A DNA stretch of 46,302 nt from a virus. The stretch is taken from the IMG/VR virus record IMGVR_UViG_3300005056_000005, positions 1-46,302 of that record. The stretch is one strand, 5' to 3'. The position numbers were made by a program, and so were the translations under genes. Positions within the stretch are counted from its first letter, which is position 1. Every line of letters starts with the position of its first letter. A model generated the notes under the pieces. The model had not been told where the DNA came from and searched no databases. It saw nothing but the letters and a program-made list of their open reading frames with translations. This document shows positions 8,230-16,803 of the stretch, one piece after another.

Positions 8230-9824
8230 TAAAGCGCCCTCATATTCATGCCAACATTTAATCCGCTACCATTATTTGTTAGCTTGGTTGATTTAACTTC
8301 AGAGCCAGGGGCCGCCGCTACTGTTATTTGCCCGCTTAGAGTTCCTTTAGCCGCGCCAATAGGTGCCGTGGGTGCTGTAGCATCATTAGCCGCCAATGCT
8401 TGAGCATGAGCGCCGCCCACGTCCAACGATGGAATTTTAACGTTATCGAATCCTAGCAATCCCGACATTAACCGAAAGGGGGTAATTAGTTTATTTAAAA
8501 TCAGAATGCCCGCGTTAACAGCTAGTTTTATAGACTCGATAAAACGGCCTTCCCATAAAGCTGTGAACGCATCGCCCACCGCGTCGATTATTTCCATTAT
8601 CGAAGACTTAAAACTCTTCCACATCAAGATAACACCGACAATAGCCCCAATTGCTATTGCCGCAGCGATGTTCATGCTATCGGCCATAAATTGCGTAACT
8701 TTTTTCCAGTGGACAATAAGCAATGCTATCCCAGCAATAAGCGCCAGAATTGCTCCGCCTACCAGCAACACGGTTGCCGAGGCAAAACTAAATGCCACGA
8801 TTAAGCCGCCGATAATCACGACTAACGGCCCAGCTATTGCCAAGAGACCCGCGAATGTTATTAAGAATTTCTGTGTGTTAGGCGATAGATTAATAAGAAC
8901 GTCTGCGAGTTTAGTAAAAGCATGGCTCAGTAACGTAGCGAGAGGTATTAAATGTAGGCCAAACGCTTCTTTTAAGTCTTTGTTTTTTTCACTTGCGCGG
9001 CGCACAACATTGGCGTAATCCATCCAAGTTCTAGCCACATCACCAACCGCTTTTTTACTCTGCTTAACCGCCTCAGTTAGAATGACCTGGGCTTTTGCCG
9101 CTTGCCTTGATACGCGCTTGGAGAACATCGTCTGTTTTACTAATTGCTTAAATTCTTTGGTGTCTTGTCGAATGACAATGCCTATCATTTTTAAACTTTC
9201 TGTTTCTCCAGTGAGAGCTTTTGTAAGCCTGTCAGCAGCATCAGCAGCGCCGCCCTCTAAGTTTTGAAATGATGCAAGGTCAGCGGCCAATTCCACCACC
9301 TGCTTAGACATGTCTAGCGATCCTTTTTCGGTCATGCCCAGACCTACTAACAAATCGCCAGTAGCACCTAGTAATTTTCTCGACGTAGATTCAGCAACAC
9401 CAAAACTTTTGGCAAATGCGCTGGCAACCGAATTCGCCTTATCTTTTACCTTCTCGAAAACGGTATTAAATTTATTCGTGGTTTCGGTGGCATCACTCGC
9501 AGCGGTTACTAATGATTTTCCGATCAGTAAAGCTGGAAGGGTGATGGTGGCGGTGGCGGCCAATCCTGCGCCAGCAATTCCTTTTCCGATACTACGGATT
9601 TTCTCACCACGCCTACCTAGTTCCTTTAGTCGATCTGTGGCGCGTTTAGCCCCGCGTTCAAGGTTGGCAAAACTAATACTTCTAATACTTGCCGCAACCT
9701 TTTTTATCCCGCCGGAAGCTTTTCGAGCGTTCTTATCGATGTTTTTAAATGCACGATTAATAGCCGCGCCTGTACGGCTAAACTTGTCTTTAAATTGAAT
9801 TATAAAGCTAACTTTGTTCGTCAT
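8229..9824 (-). CDS. tail tape measure protein (531 aa)
   Basis: It sits after the chaperone pair. The N-half is helical and Ala/Lys-rich, and there is a long hydrophobic block (LITFAGLLAIAGPLVVIIGGLIVAFSFA...) typical of tape measure proteins. Confidence 0.8.
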   Translation of the reverse strand: MTNKVSFIIQFKDKFSRTGAAINRAFKNIDKNARKASGGIKKVAASIRSISFANLERGAKRATDRLKELGRRGEKIRSIGKGIAGAGLAATATITLPALLIGKSLVTAASDATETTNKFNTVFEKVKDKANSVASAFAKSFGVAESTSRKLLGATGDLLVGLGMTEKGSLDMSKQVVELAADLASFQNLEGGAADAADRLTKALTGETESLKMIGIVIRQDTKEFKQLVKQTMFSKRVSRQAAKAQVILTEAVKQSKKAVGDVARTWMDYANVVRRASEKNKDLKEAFGLHLIPLATLLSHAFTKLADVLINLSPNTQKFLITFAGLLAIAGPLVVIIGGLIVAFSFASATVLLVGGAILALIAGIALLIVHWKKVTQFMADSMNIAAAIAIGAIVGVILMWKSFKSSIMEIIDAVGDAFTALWEGRFIESIKLAVNAGILILNKLITPFRLMSGLLGFDNVKIPSLDVGGAHAQALAANDATAPTAPIGAAKGTLSGQITVAAAPGSEVKSTKLTNNGSGLNVGMNMRAL

Positions 9825-9961
9825 TTTTTATTCATCTCGATATCACGCAAACGCTGGATTTCGTTGGCGCACTTAACGACCTCGTTAAACTCGCCTATAG
9901 GCATTTCGACTAATTCGCCATAAGTGATACCGCCCTCAAAAAAGGCGGCCAGCTTACACAT
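9821..9961 (-). CDS. -1 frame extension ORF of the tail assembly chaperone (46 aa if initiated at its own ATG)
   Basis: My own translation gives MCKLAAFFEGGITYGELVEMPIGEFNEVVKCANEIQRLRDIEMNKK. Its TGA overlaps the tape measure ATG, it has no clear SD, and its frame stays open upstream through a slippery heptamer. Confidence 0.45.
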   Translation of the reverse strand: MCKLAAFFEGGITYGELVEMPIGEFNEVVKCANEIQRLRDIEMNKK

Positions 9962-9963
9962 TT

Positions 9964-10422
9964 CTAGTCTGTGTTGGTCTCGTCTCCACCCATCAGGGAT
10001 GGTGCTATAAAATTTCCGAGGTAGGCACCTACCAACCCCTCAAAATCATCAAGGTGCATCTTTTCCATCAGGGGGGTAGTTAATTTTGACTCGCCATCGA
10101 CAAGTGCCACGCCCGATTTAAACAGCTCTTGAGCGTGCAAAAACACCTTAGTAATATCAGCATTTGCCCGATATAAAACTTGGATAGCTTGAGAGGGAGT
10201 TATCAACTCGTCTCCTTCTTCCGGCTCTTTTGCCTCGACTTCATCGACATTAACGTCGCTTACCGTGTCAGTAATAGCGGCGGTGAAAGCCTGCTTAATC
10301 GGGGCTACTTTATCGATTTGCTTAAACGAGGGGGCGAATAACGTAATAAAAACCGCTTCCACCTGATCCCCCTTGTTAGCGTATTTGAAAGGGTGTTTTA
10401 GTTCATAGTTACATTCATTCAT
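9964..10422 (-). CDS. tail assembly chaperone (gpG / Mu gp41-like position)
   Basis: An acidic 152-aa ORF between the tube and tape measure genes. Confidence 0.65.
   Translation of the reverse strand: MNECNYELKHPFKYANKGDQVEAVFITLFAPSFKQIDKVAPIKQAFTAAITDTVSDVNVDEVEAKEPEEGDELITPSQAIQVLYRANADITKVFLHAQELFKSGVALVDGESKLTTPLMEKMHLDDFEGLVGAYLGNFIAPSLMGGDETNTD
10009..10015 (-). other. candidate -1 programmed frameshift heptamer A_AAT_TTT
   Basis: The zero frame reads GGA AAT TTT ATA, which fits X_XXY_YYZ. The -1 frame is open from here to 9821. Confidence 0.35.
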
Positions 10423-10443
10423 ATTTCGACCTTGCTGCTTGCG

Positions 10444-10833
10444 TTATTGTGCTGGATTGGAATTAAAATCTATCTCAATGTTGCCGTCCGTGGCGGCGTT
10501 AGATTCAGGGTCTTCTAAAATAGATGCTTCGGTGAATATTTTAGTAAAAGAACCAGAAGCGGGGCCGATCAATTCAACCACATTATTATTGTCGTTGAGT
10601 TTCCAGGCTCGTTTGTTGGCCTCGTTTTCTTCGGTGGTAGGCATTGAAAATGCTACCGACCCAAACTTAGACGCCAAATCTTTACTAAAAACCTGCTCCG
10701 TTTCTCCCCCGCCTATCACAGCGTTTCTTACGCTATAAACACCGGAACCGTCTTTCCATTTCAGAGAATCGGCGGTGTACGCTACGGCGACATTGTTAAC
10801 AAGAATAGTGATGTCATTTAATTGTGTTGCCAT
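10444..10833 (-). CDS. tail tube protein
   Basis: A 129-aa ORF immediately after the sheath gene and before the chaperone. Confidence 0.65.
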   Translation of the reverse strand: MATQLNDITILVNNVAVAYTADSLKWKDGSGVYSVRNAVIGGGETEQVFSKDLASKFGSVAFSMPTTEENEANKRAWKLNDNNNVVELIGPASGSFTKIFTEASILEDPESNAATDGNIEIDFNSNPAQ

Positions 10834-10847
10834 TTTCTCGGCTCCTT

Positions 10848-12398
10848 TTAAGCGTCAGTACTAAACGCAATTTTCATGGTGGTGATTATTTCGCGGGTTT
10901 GAGTGACGATAGGGACAGTCATTTGTGTAGTGATTTTACCCAACGGCTTATCAATCACGATAATTAAATTATCGTTGAAAAAATTCAACGCTTCTTCGCC
11001 AGACTCAAGTAAAACGAAGTTAACCCCGCTTAAGTCCTGATAAAGTCGTTTTGAAAATGACCGCATCACAACAGCGTTAGCGCTATCACGCCCTTTCTTA
11101 AGGTCTCCGTTGTTTAATCGAGACTGACCGAATCGACTACGGTAATTATTAGAAAGATATTCCCGCGCTTGGCTTGCTGTATCCACATAGTTCAAAAAAG
11201 TAAACGTTATATCAGGATTAGATGCGGCGTCGGTTTTATAAGTCGTCACCACTTCGCCCGCGATAATGCCAGTGGCACCCAGGTTATTACCGAGTACAGT
11301 AATGCCTGAATCTTTTAGTGATTCGATCTCAGAGGCATCAAATCCGCGCCCGGGCAAGACTGGAGAGAGGTCGGCAAAGGGGGTGTTAAAGTAGGGTTTG
11401 GACGCAAGCGCCGGACCACCGAACGCATCAAGCGGGCCGTTTGCTGAAATAACCAGGTCAGCAATGCTAAAACCGTCAGTATCAAGACGCAGGCCGCGAT
11501 AACCAGCAAATTGCGCAGCTTTAACCATAGGGATTTCAACAATTTCGCCTCCTTTTAGACTCTGTGTGTTCTCTTGTTTACCACCGAAAATAACGAGTGA
11601 TTGACTGTTAAGCCCATCACCCAGCGAGATTAAATTAGAAAAAGTAGCATTGTTTGCCGTAAAGCCTACACCGTCAAGCACCGCACCATCAGCATTAAAC
11701 CGAGGGTCTAGAAATGCCCTTAGCTCTGCTGTGTCATTAGGATACGGCCAAACTACAGCCTGATACCTGCGACCACCGACAAGATCAAAAATGCCCGTTA
11801 GCGTTGGGTCAGTAGCTCCGCCGGTCATGCCGGTAATAGCCACGCTCACGCCTTCAGCTTCGCCCGATACCTCGAGCGGAAGTGAATCGCCGTAAGTACC
11901 TCCGTTAACAGCCGTCAGCGTCACAACGCCCGCCACATTAGCCGAGGTTACGGGGGAATTAAGATCCGCCAAAATCACCGCGTCTAACGCATCCCCAATA
12001 ACGGTTGGAGTGTCGCCAGAAGTGACAGCAACCGAATGCTTATGATTGCGATCCGATCCCGCCGTGAAAAATAGTTCACCGTCTGCCGTGGCCGTGCCGG
12101 TAATCGTGAATATGCCCTCTGAAGCGGTTGCCGACCCGTCGTCATTGAGGGCGATTACATCAACTTGCACTTGCTGGTTGCGAATTTTGTTCGCTCTGAT
12201 CATCGTGGCAAGCATCGAAGTTGGCCCGAATAAGCCGTCTTCAGCGCCGCCGTTGGCAACGCTTTCAGTGAGCGCCCCGGTGGATGCTGTTCCCGCGACT
12301 TTCTGCCCTACGAACAGAATTTTTTGCGCTGTATTGCCTACCGTTTGAGTCGCCGCTACGATGCTTGTGGTAACTTTCGGTTGATTAATTGATGTCAT
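10848..12398 (-). CDS. contractile tail sheath protein
   Basis: A 516-aa ORF upstream of the tube, chaperone and tape measure genes. Its Gly/Ala/Thr-rich composition is typical of sheath proteins. Confidence 0.7.
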   Translation of the reverse strand: MTSINQPKVTTSIVAATQTVGNTAQKILFVGQKVAGTASTGALTESVANGGAEDGLFGPTSMLATMIRANKIRNQQVQVDVIALNDDGSATASEGIFTITGTATADGELFFTAGSDRNHKHSVAVTSGDTPTVIGDALDAVILADLNSPVTSANVAGVVTLTAVNGGTYGDSLPLEVSGEAEGVSVAITGMTGGATDPTLTGIFDLVGGRRYQAVVWPYPNDTAELRAFLDPRFNADGAVLDGVGFTANNATFSNLISLGDGLNSQSLVIFGGKQENTQSLKGGEIVEIPMVKAAQFAGYRGLRLDTDGFSIADLVISANGPLDAFGGPALASKPYFNTPFADLSPVLPGRGFDASEIESLKDSGITVLGNNLGATGIIAGEVVTTYKTDAASNPDITFTFLNYVDTASQAREYLSNNYRSRFGQSRLNNGDLKKGRDSANAVVMRSFSKRLYQDLSGVNFVLLESGEEALNFFNDNLIIVIDKPLGKITTQMTVPIVTQTREIITTMKIAFSTDA

Positions 12399-12586
12399 TT
12401 GGCCTCATCTCCTTTCTTCTTTTTTGGGGCGGAGGGCTTAACGAGCTCCACGCAATTGTCTAACTCTGATTCTTTGATTCGGTTACGCCAAAACTTATCT
12501 AGCGGGATGCCGTTAGAGTTAGTTTTAATAGTGACTGTGCCAGTGTAACCCGGCACGCTGTTAATTTTAAGTTTTTGTAATTTCAT
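12395..12586 (-). CDS. hypothetical protein (63 aa, Lys-rich C-terminus)
   Basis: The ORF fills the gap and has an ATGA overlap with the sheath start. Confidence 0.65.
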   Translation of the reverse strand: MKLQKLKINSVPGYTGTVTIKTNSNGIPLDKFWRNRIKESELDNCVELVKPSAPKKKKGDEAK

Positions 12587-12598
12587 AGCCCCTCGCTA

Positions 12599-14587
12599 TT
12601 AAAAATTGGCATCAGCCCAGGTATTAAAATCTGCGAATTCTGTTGGGAACGTATCGTTAATAAATTCAAATTCCCACGCTTCAATGTATCTAAAACCGAT
12701 TCCCATAGCTTGTGGGAAAATAGTCGTGTAGTCGTCATCCTCAAATCTGAATGTTTGATCAGAGCGCCCGATCACTTGCGCGTATTTATCACCAGTAAAC
12801 GCCGTCATGCTTGTGATAAGATCCGGCTGGAATGATGTTTTACCGGACAACCACCAAGACGCTATTCCCACTTGAGTTAGCGTAGAGTCAGCCGTTAATT
12901 CATCGATGATTCGATCTGCAATAACCGTTGTACTTAAAATATAATGCAATTCTACAGCTGAATTTTTATTGCCGAACGCGTCAGAAATATTCCTGCTGTT
13001 TTCGATTGTACCATCAACCCAAGCATCGGCAGTGAAACCGAATCCAAGCAATTCGCTATCGGTAACGCCGTTAAAATGGCCTTCAATGCCGTTAACTGTG
13101 TACTGTGGCTGATAGACTAATCTTAGGCTATCATCGTCGCCGTATTCTTCAGCCAAGGCAAAAAGCAATAATCTTAATTTGTCGTTGGGGATAGACGAAT
13201 CCCACATTTTCGGAACTCGTTTATCCTCTAAGCTGGGTGTTGTAATATCGAAAAAATCAACACCGAGGGTATCGATCATCCAATCGGGCGTGTCTCCCCC
13301 CGCAATTATAGCTAACGACCAATCCAAGCCTCTACTCGTGATCTCTTCGCGCTCTGTGTCAATGGACGAGAAGTCATAAACACCCTGCACAGCTTCTAGA
13401 ACGTTCCATTTCACGCGAATCAATGCGCCCCTTACGTTGGCGTCATCCAATGCGGTTGGGTTGCCGAAGCTGCTTGAATAAATACCTTTTGAGGGGATCA
13501 CTTCTTGGTAGGGTTGGTCATCCAAATCTATTAAAGTGTTAAAAGTTTCTGTCCCGATATCCAAGCCCATGGTCATGTCGATACATCTAAACGCTACGTC
13601 ATCAGCCGGCACGAACACATCGGATTGCCCAAGCTGAATAGTGGACTCGTAAACATATTGGTGGGCGTAGAATGCTGTACTGTACGCCTGCAATCCATGC
13701 CCGGTTAGCATTAACGGGTTGTTGCTATTTTCTACTAAACTAGGGAACCTAAATCCTAGAATGCTGTTACAGATCGGCTTTAATAATTCCTCGCATCGGT
13801 CCCGCGCTTCTGCGCCAGAAATTTCGCCCGTAGTGGGCAAAAAAACGAATATATTAACAGCTTGAATAATTCGCTGATTAAAATAGTGCCCTATTTGCAG
13901 GTTATCGGTGCTGTCAGTATCAATGTTCCGGTTTTTACTGGCTAAAGCATCGCCCAAGACAACAAATAACCATGCTTCGTCCGGGTTTTGCTTAGTGTAA
14001 GCCTCCAACAATCGGTCAAAGGTGACAGCAGTGGACACACGCGGGCTAGTTTTAGCAACGATAGTGCCACTCGCCGGGGTGAATATGCCATCAGTTACGA
14101 GGTATTCAAACGTTGTCGGGGTGGGAACTGCTGTTATTTGTCGTAGACCGTTATATGTTGCGAAAATATTCGAGGCGTTTAATAGCAATGGTGAGCCGGT
14201 GCCGGATATTGGCCCGCTGTCGTCAACCATGAATGTTAATGTTCTTCGATTCGGAACGCTTAATAGTTCAAACGTGCCGTTAAATTCTGATTCTGTAGTA
14301 CCGCTAATTTGGACATCGAACCCGGCATTTTCAGTAATGTCGTGATCAGTTTCAGTAATCAGTGTTGCAACAATTCCCACCCTATCAATATCAATGATTA
14401 CGATTGGGGTTTGAGCGCCGTTTATATTTGCCTGACTACCTACCGACAGACCATGCGCAGTGGGGGTGGTCGCCGTGGCAGTAGTGCCCACGCGAACTAA
14501 ACTACTAACCGAAATCTGCGTGGTAAAATCATCCACCTGAGTCGGTAATACTAGCGCTATTTGATTAACAATGTCTTTAGCCTTCAA
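12599..14587 (-). CDS. 662-aa virion neck/tail-completion-like protein with beta-domain inserts and a C-terminal TIM-barrel glycoside-hydrolase-like domain
   Basis: It lies between the HK97-gp10-like gene and the sheath. From residue ~361 the sequence reads ALIRVKWNVLEAVQGVYDFSSIDTEREEITSRGLDWSLAIIAGGDTPDWM ... YQPQYTVNGIEGH ... FRYIEAWEF, which resembles the GH-A clan pattern W..lEP..G.ydf..lD. Confidence 0.8.
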   Translation of the reverse strand: MKAKDIVNQIALVLPTQVDDFTTQISVSSLVRVGTTATATTPTAHGLSVGSQANINGAQTPIVIIDIDRVGIVATLITETDHDITENAGFDVQISGTTESEFNGTFELLSVPNRRTLTFMVDDSGPISGTGSPLLLNASNIFATYNGLRQITAVPTPTTFEYLVTDGIFTPASGTIVAKTSPRVSTAVTFDRLLEAYTKQNPDEAWLFVVLGDALASKNRNIDTDSTDNLQIGHYFNQRIIQAVNIFVFLPTTGEISGAEARDRCEELLKPICNSILGFRFPSLVENSNNPLMLTGHGLQAYSTAFYAHQYVYESTIQLGQSDVFVPADDVAFRCIDMTMGLDIGTETFNTLIDLDDQPYQEVIPSKGIYSSSFGNPTALDDANVRGALIRVKWNVLEAVQGVYDFSSIDTEREEITSRGLDWSLAIIAGGDTPDWMIDTLGVDFFDITTPSLEDKRVPKMWDSSIPNDKLRLLLFALAEEYGDDDSLRLVYQPQYTVNGIEGHFNGVTDSELLGFGFTADAWVDGTIENSRNISDAFGNKNSAVELHYILSTTVIADRIIDELTADSTLTQVGIASWWLSGKTSFQPDLITSMTAFTGDKYAQVIGRSDQTFRFEDDDYTTIFPQAMGIGFRYIEAWEFEFINDTFPTEFADFNTWADANF

Positions 14588-15056
14588 AACCCCTTCCCTC
14601 TAGCCTTTTGCCAATCTCACGCTCAAAATTATTCTGGAAGTTGCGGCGCTCATCTCTAAGACCGTTTTGCAGCGACGGCCTAGCCGCCATATTCTTAGTG
14701 CCGAATTCGACGCCTGCCGCGTAATCCGGAGCGGGTTCTTTTGATTCGACACCATAGCCGTATTCTAACTGATTAAAGTTAACTTTAAACCCTAACGACT
14801 TTCTAAGCTTTCCGGTTAGATTAGCGTGCGTCTCGCCCGGTGCAGAGGCCCTATGCCTGCGCCTGCGCCCCGTAGCGCTCCTTATGACGTAAACCCTACC
14901 ACCTTTCGGTTTGTGAAGGATTTCAGCGTTAATGGTCTTTTGCAGCCCTTTGGCGGAAGTGTAGGCGGCGTGCTCTACGCCAGACCGGGTTAACCCGCGC
15001 AAATTTTCAATTTTATGAACCGTTCTCCTGCTTTGTCGATCCATTTCTATACTCAT
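14577..15056 (-). CDS. HK97 gp10-family neck/tail-completion protein
   Basis: RRHRASAPGETHANLTGKLRKSLGF matches the HK97-gp10 motif (ASAPGEPPAxxTGxLxxSI). Confidence 0.75.
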   Translation of the reverse strand: MSIEMDRQSRRTVHKIENLRGLTRSGVEHAAYTSAKGLQKTINAEILHKPKGGRVYVIRSATGRRRRHRASAPGETHANLTGKLRKSLGFKVNFNQLEYGYGVESKEPAPDYAAGVEFGTKNMAARPSLQNGLRDERRNFQNNFEREIGKRLEGRGFEG

Positions 15057-15415
15057 GCCTTGGCCGCCTCGCCTATGCCACGATCGTTACAGGTGAGTAT
15101 TAAAACTTCGTCATCTTCACAACAATTTTCCACGGCTAGAATATCGATTCTTCGACCCTTGAATAAGATCCAGGTTTCAGCGGTAACGCCTGCAACAAAG
15201 GCAATGATTATTTCATGGGTGATATTAACGTCTGTGCCAACGCCATCAAAAAAGGTCTTTCCGCGTGGAGTTTTAACGATAGCTTTCAGCGGATCACTAT
15301 CGCCGGAAAATGTTTCGTCAAAATTAGTCGAGCCGAACAAAGGCGGCGCAATATCGCGGTTTTGCAAAATAACCGTTTTATTGCTTTTTGCTATGCTGTG
15401 AGCTAACAACGACAT
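15053..15415 (-). CDS. head-tail adaptor / head closure protein
   Basis: A 120-aa ORF ending ...ILFKGRRIDILAVENCCEDDEVLILTCNDRG, which resembles the SPP1 gp16-type adaptor ending. The position fits. Confidence 0.6.
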   Translation of the reverse strand: MSLLAHSIAKSNKTVILQNRDIAPPLFGSTNFDETFSGDSDPLKAIVKTPRGKTFFDGVGTDVNITHEIIIAFVAGVTAETWILFKGRRIDILAVENCCEDDEVLILTCNDRGIGEAAKA

Positions 15416-15802
15416 TTACAGGCACCCGATTGAAAGCAAGGCAGTGGGCTGTTTGTCTAACTCAGCAAGACACCCGCCAGACAGCGCGTTAGCTCGTTGG
15501 CCGTAGGGTGTACCCTTAATCCCATCGCCGGCTTTAAACCCGTATACAGCGCTACCGCCGGAACACGCATCGGTCTCCGATACCATAGCCAGCGTTTGCT
15601 CGGTAGCAGCGGCATAGTGCGCACTAAGCCAAATTTCAACTTGTAGTAAGCACGCGTCGGTTAAATCCGCACAATCAACAATACGATCTACTAGACAAGT
15701 GGCCGCGTCGATTGATGCCCTGATCTGAGGGTCTGTTAATGATGTTGAGGTGGGCAATATAACCCGCACTTCTGTCACTGTTGCTCTAGTCACTGAATCC
15801 AA
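15416..15802 (-). CDS. head-tail connector (gp6-like / DUF4054-like)
   Basis: A 128-aa ORF with LTDPQIRASIDAATCLVDRIV...VEIWLSAHYAA, a typical connector motif. It is the first gene after the head block. Confidence 0.55.
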   Translation of the reverse strand: MDSVTRATVTEVRVILPTSTSLTDPQIRASIDAATCLVDRIVDCADLTDACLLQVEIWLSAHYAAATEQTLAMVSETDACSGGSAVYGFKAGDGIKGTPYGQRANALSGGCLAELDKQPTALLSIGCL

Positions 15803-16217
15803 TCCTATAAAACATTAACGTTACAAGAATACTATTGTCGGTAGTCGAGGCATTGATCCAACGACCTGGAGGGACAATTAAATTTAAACCCGTAAGTATA
15901 AAGTTGTTGGCTCTAACTAGTTGCGGCCTGACTACTACTGACAATTCAGTCAGTGACGTGGCCGAGTCTGACTCATAAATAACGATATCCGCCGGGCTGG
16001 TATTACTGACTGTATTGTTAGCGCTGGCTATCACATCAGTGATAACTATTGCTTTTCCATGCTCGGGCACTGCAAGGTTAAAAGCGGTGCCCACCACGTC
16101 CAAGTTTTGCGCCGATGCATCGCTATATTCAATCGGTGCTGTTACCAGTTGACCGAAAGACGTAACTTTTGCTGGCAGATTAGTGTCACCGTCGATTATT
16201 ACGCAAGGGGACGCCAT
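15786..16217 (-). CDS. beta-rich structural protein, paralog C of a three-gene family
   Basis: It shares N-terminal VIIDGDTNLPAKVTSFGQLVT and C-terminal LIVPPGRW motifs with the two upstream genes. Confidence 0.75.
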   Translation of the reverse strand: MASPCVIIDGDTNLPAKVTSFGQLVTAPIEYSDASAQNLDVVGTAFNLAVPEHGKAIVITDVIASANNTVSNTSPADIVIYESDSATSLTELSVVVRPQLVRANNFILTGLNLIVPPGRWINASTTDNSILVTLMFYRIGFSD

Positions 16218-16801
16218 TAAGTGGTAATCTCCTTTAAATACGCTTCTATCAAGAGCGTGAGCGGCATCGAAGTATTGCCAGGCGGGGGTGTTATGATCCC
16301 AGCGATAGAAACGCCTTTAGGAATAATTATAAAAACCTCATTAACAATCTGGTTCCCCGTGGTGAAAAATAAAGGTGATGATGGCCCCCCGCCCACTACC
16401 GTTGCGCCCTCTTGACCCAGCTCGGAAGTATTTTCAAGTGTTTTATTATTGCCAAAAATAACATTGATCGTGGGGACGGGAACACCTATTCCACCCACCA
16501 AGCTCAAACCGATGCCCGATTGCCTAAATGATTGATAGATTTGATTTGTTCCGCCCACTGATTGGCCGGCAGATGTTACCGAAGACTTTAAGATAATGTC
16601 ACGGTTTTCATCATTTTGATAAACATAAATTGCAGAGGGATTGGCCGAGGTAAGCACTATTTCAGGCACTAGAATAAAATATGCGTCACCGCTCACCCCT
16701 GCATCAACCGCGTCGTCTCGCGCAACTGTCCGCGTTAATAATCGGTTAGTGTTATCAACCGACGCTGTATATCTATTATCACCGCCTTTTATAGTAGCCA
16801 T
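16217..16801 (-). CDS. beta-rich structural protein, paralog B
   Basis: YTASVDNTNRLLTRTV...GDAYFILV...AIYVYQNDENR...IIIPKGVSIAGIITPPPGNT aligns with paralog A. Confidence 0.75.
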   Translation of the reverse strand: MATIKGGDNRYTASVDNTNRLLTRTVARDDAVDAGVSGDAYFILVPEIVLTSANPSAIYVYQNDENRDIILKSSVTSAGQSVGGTNQIYQSFRQSGIGLSLVGGIGVPVPTINVIFGNNKTLENTSELGQEGATVVGGGPSSPLFFTTGNQIVNEVFIIIPKGVSIAGIITPPPGNTSMPLTLLIEAYLKEITT

Positions 16802-16803
16802 GG

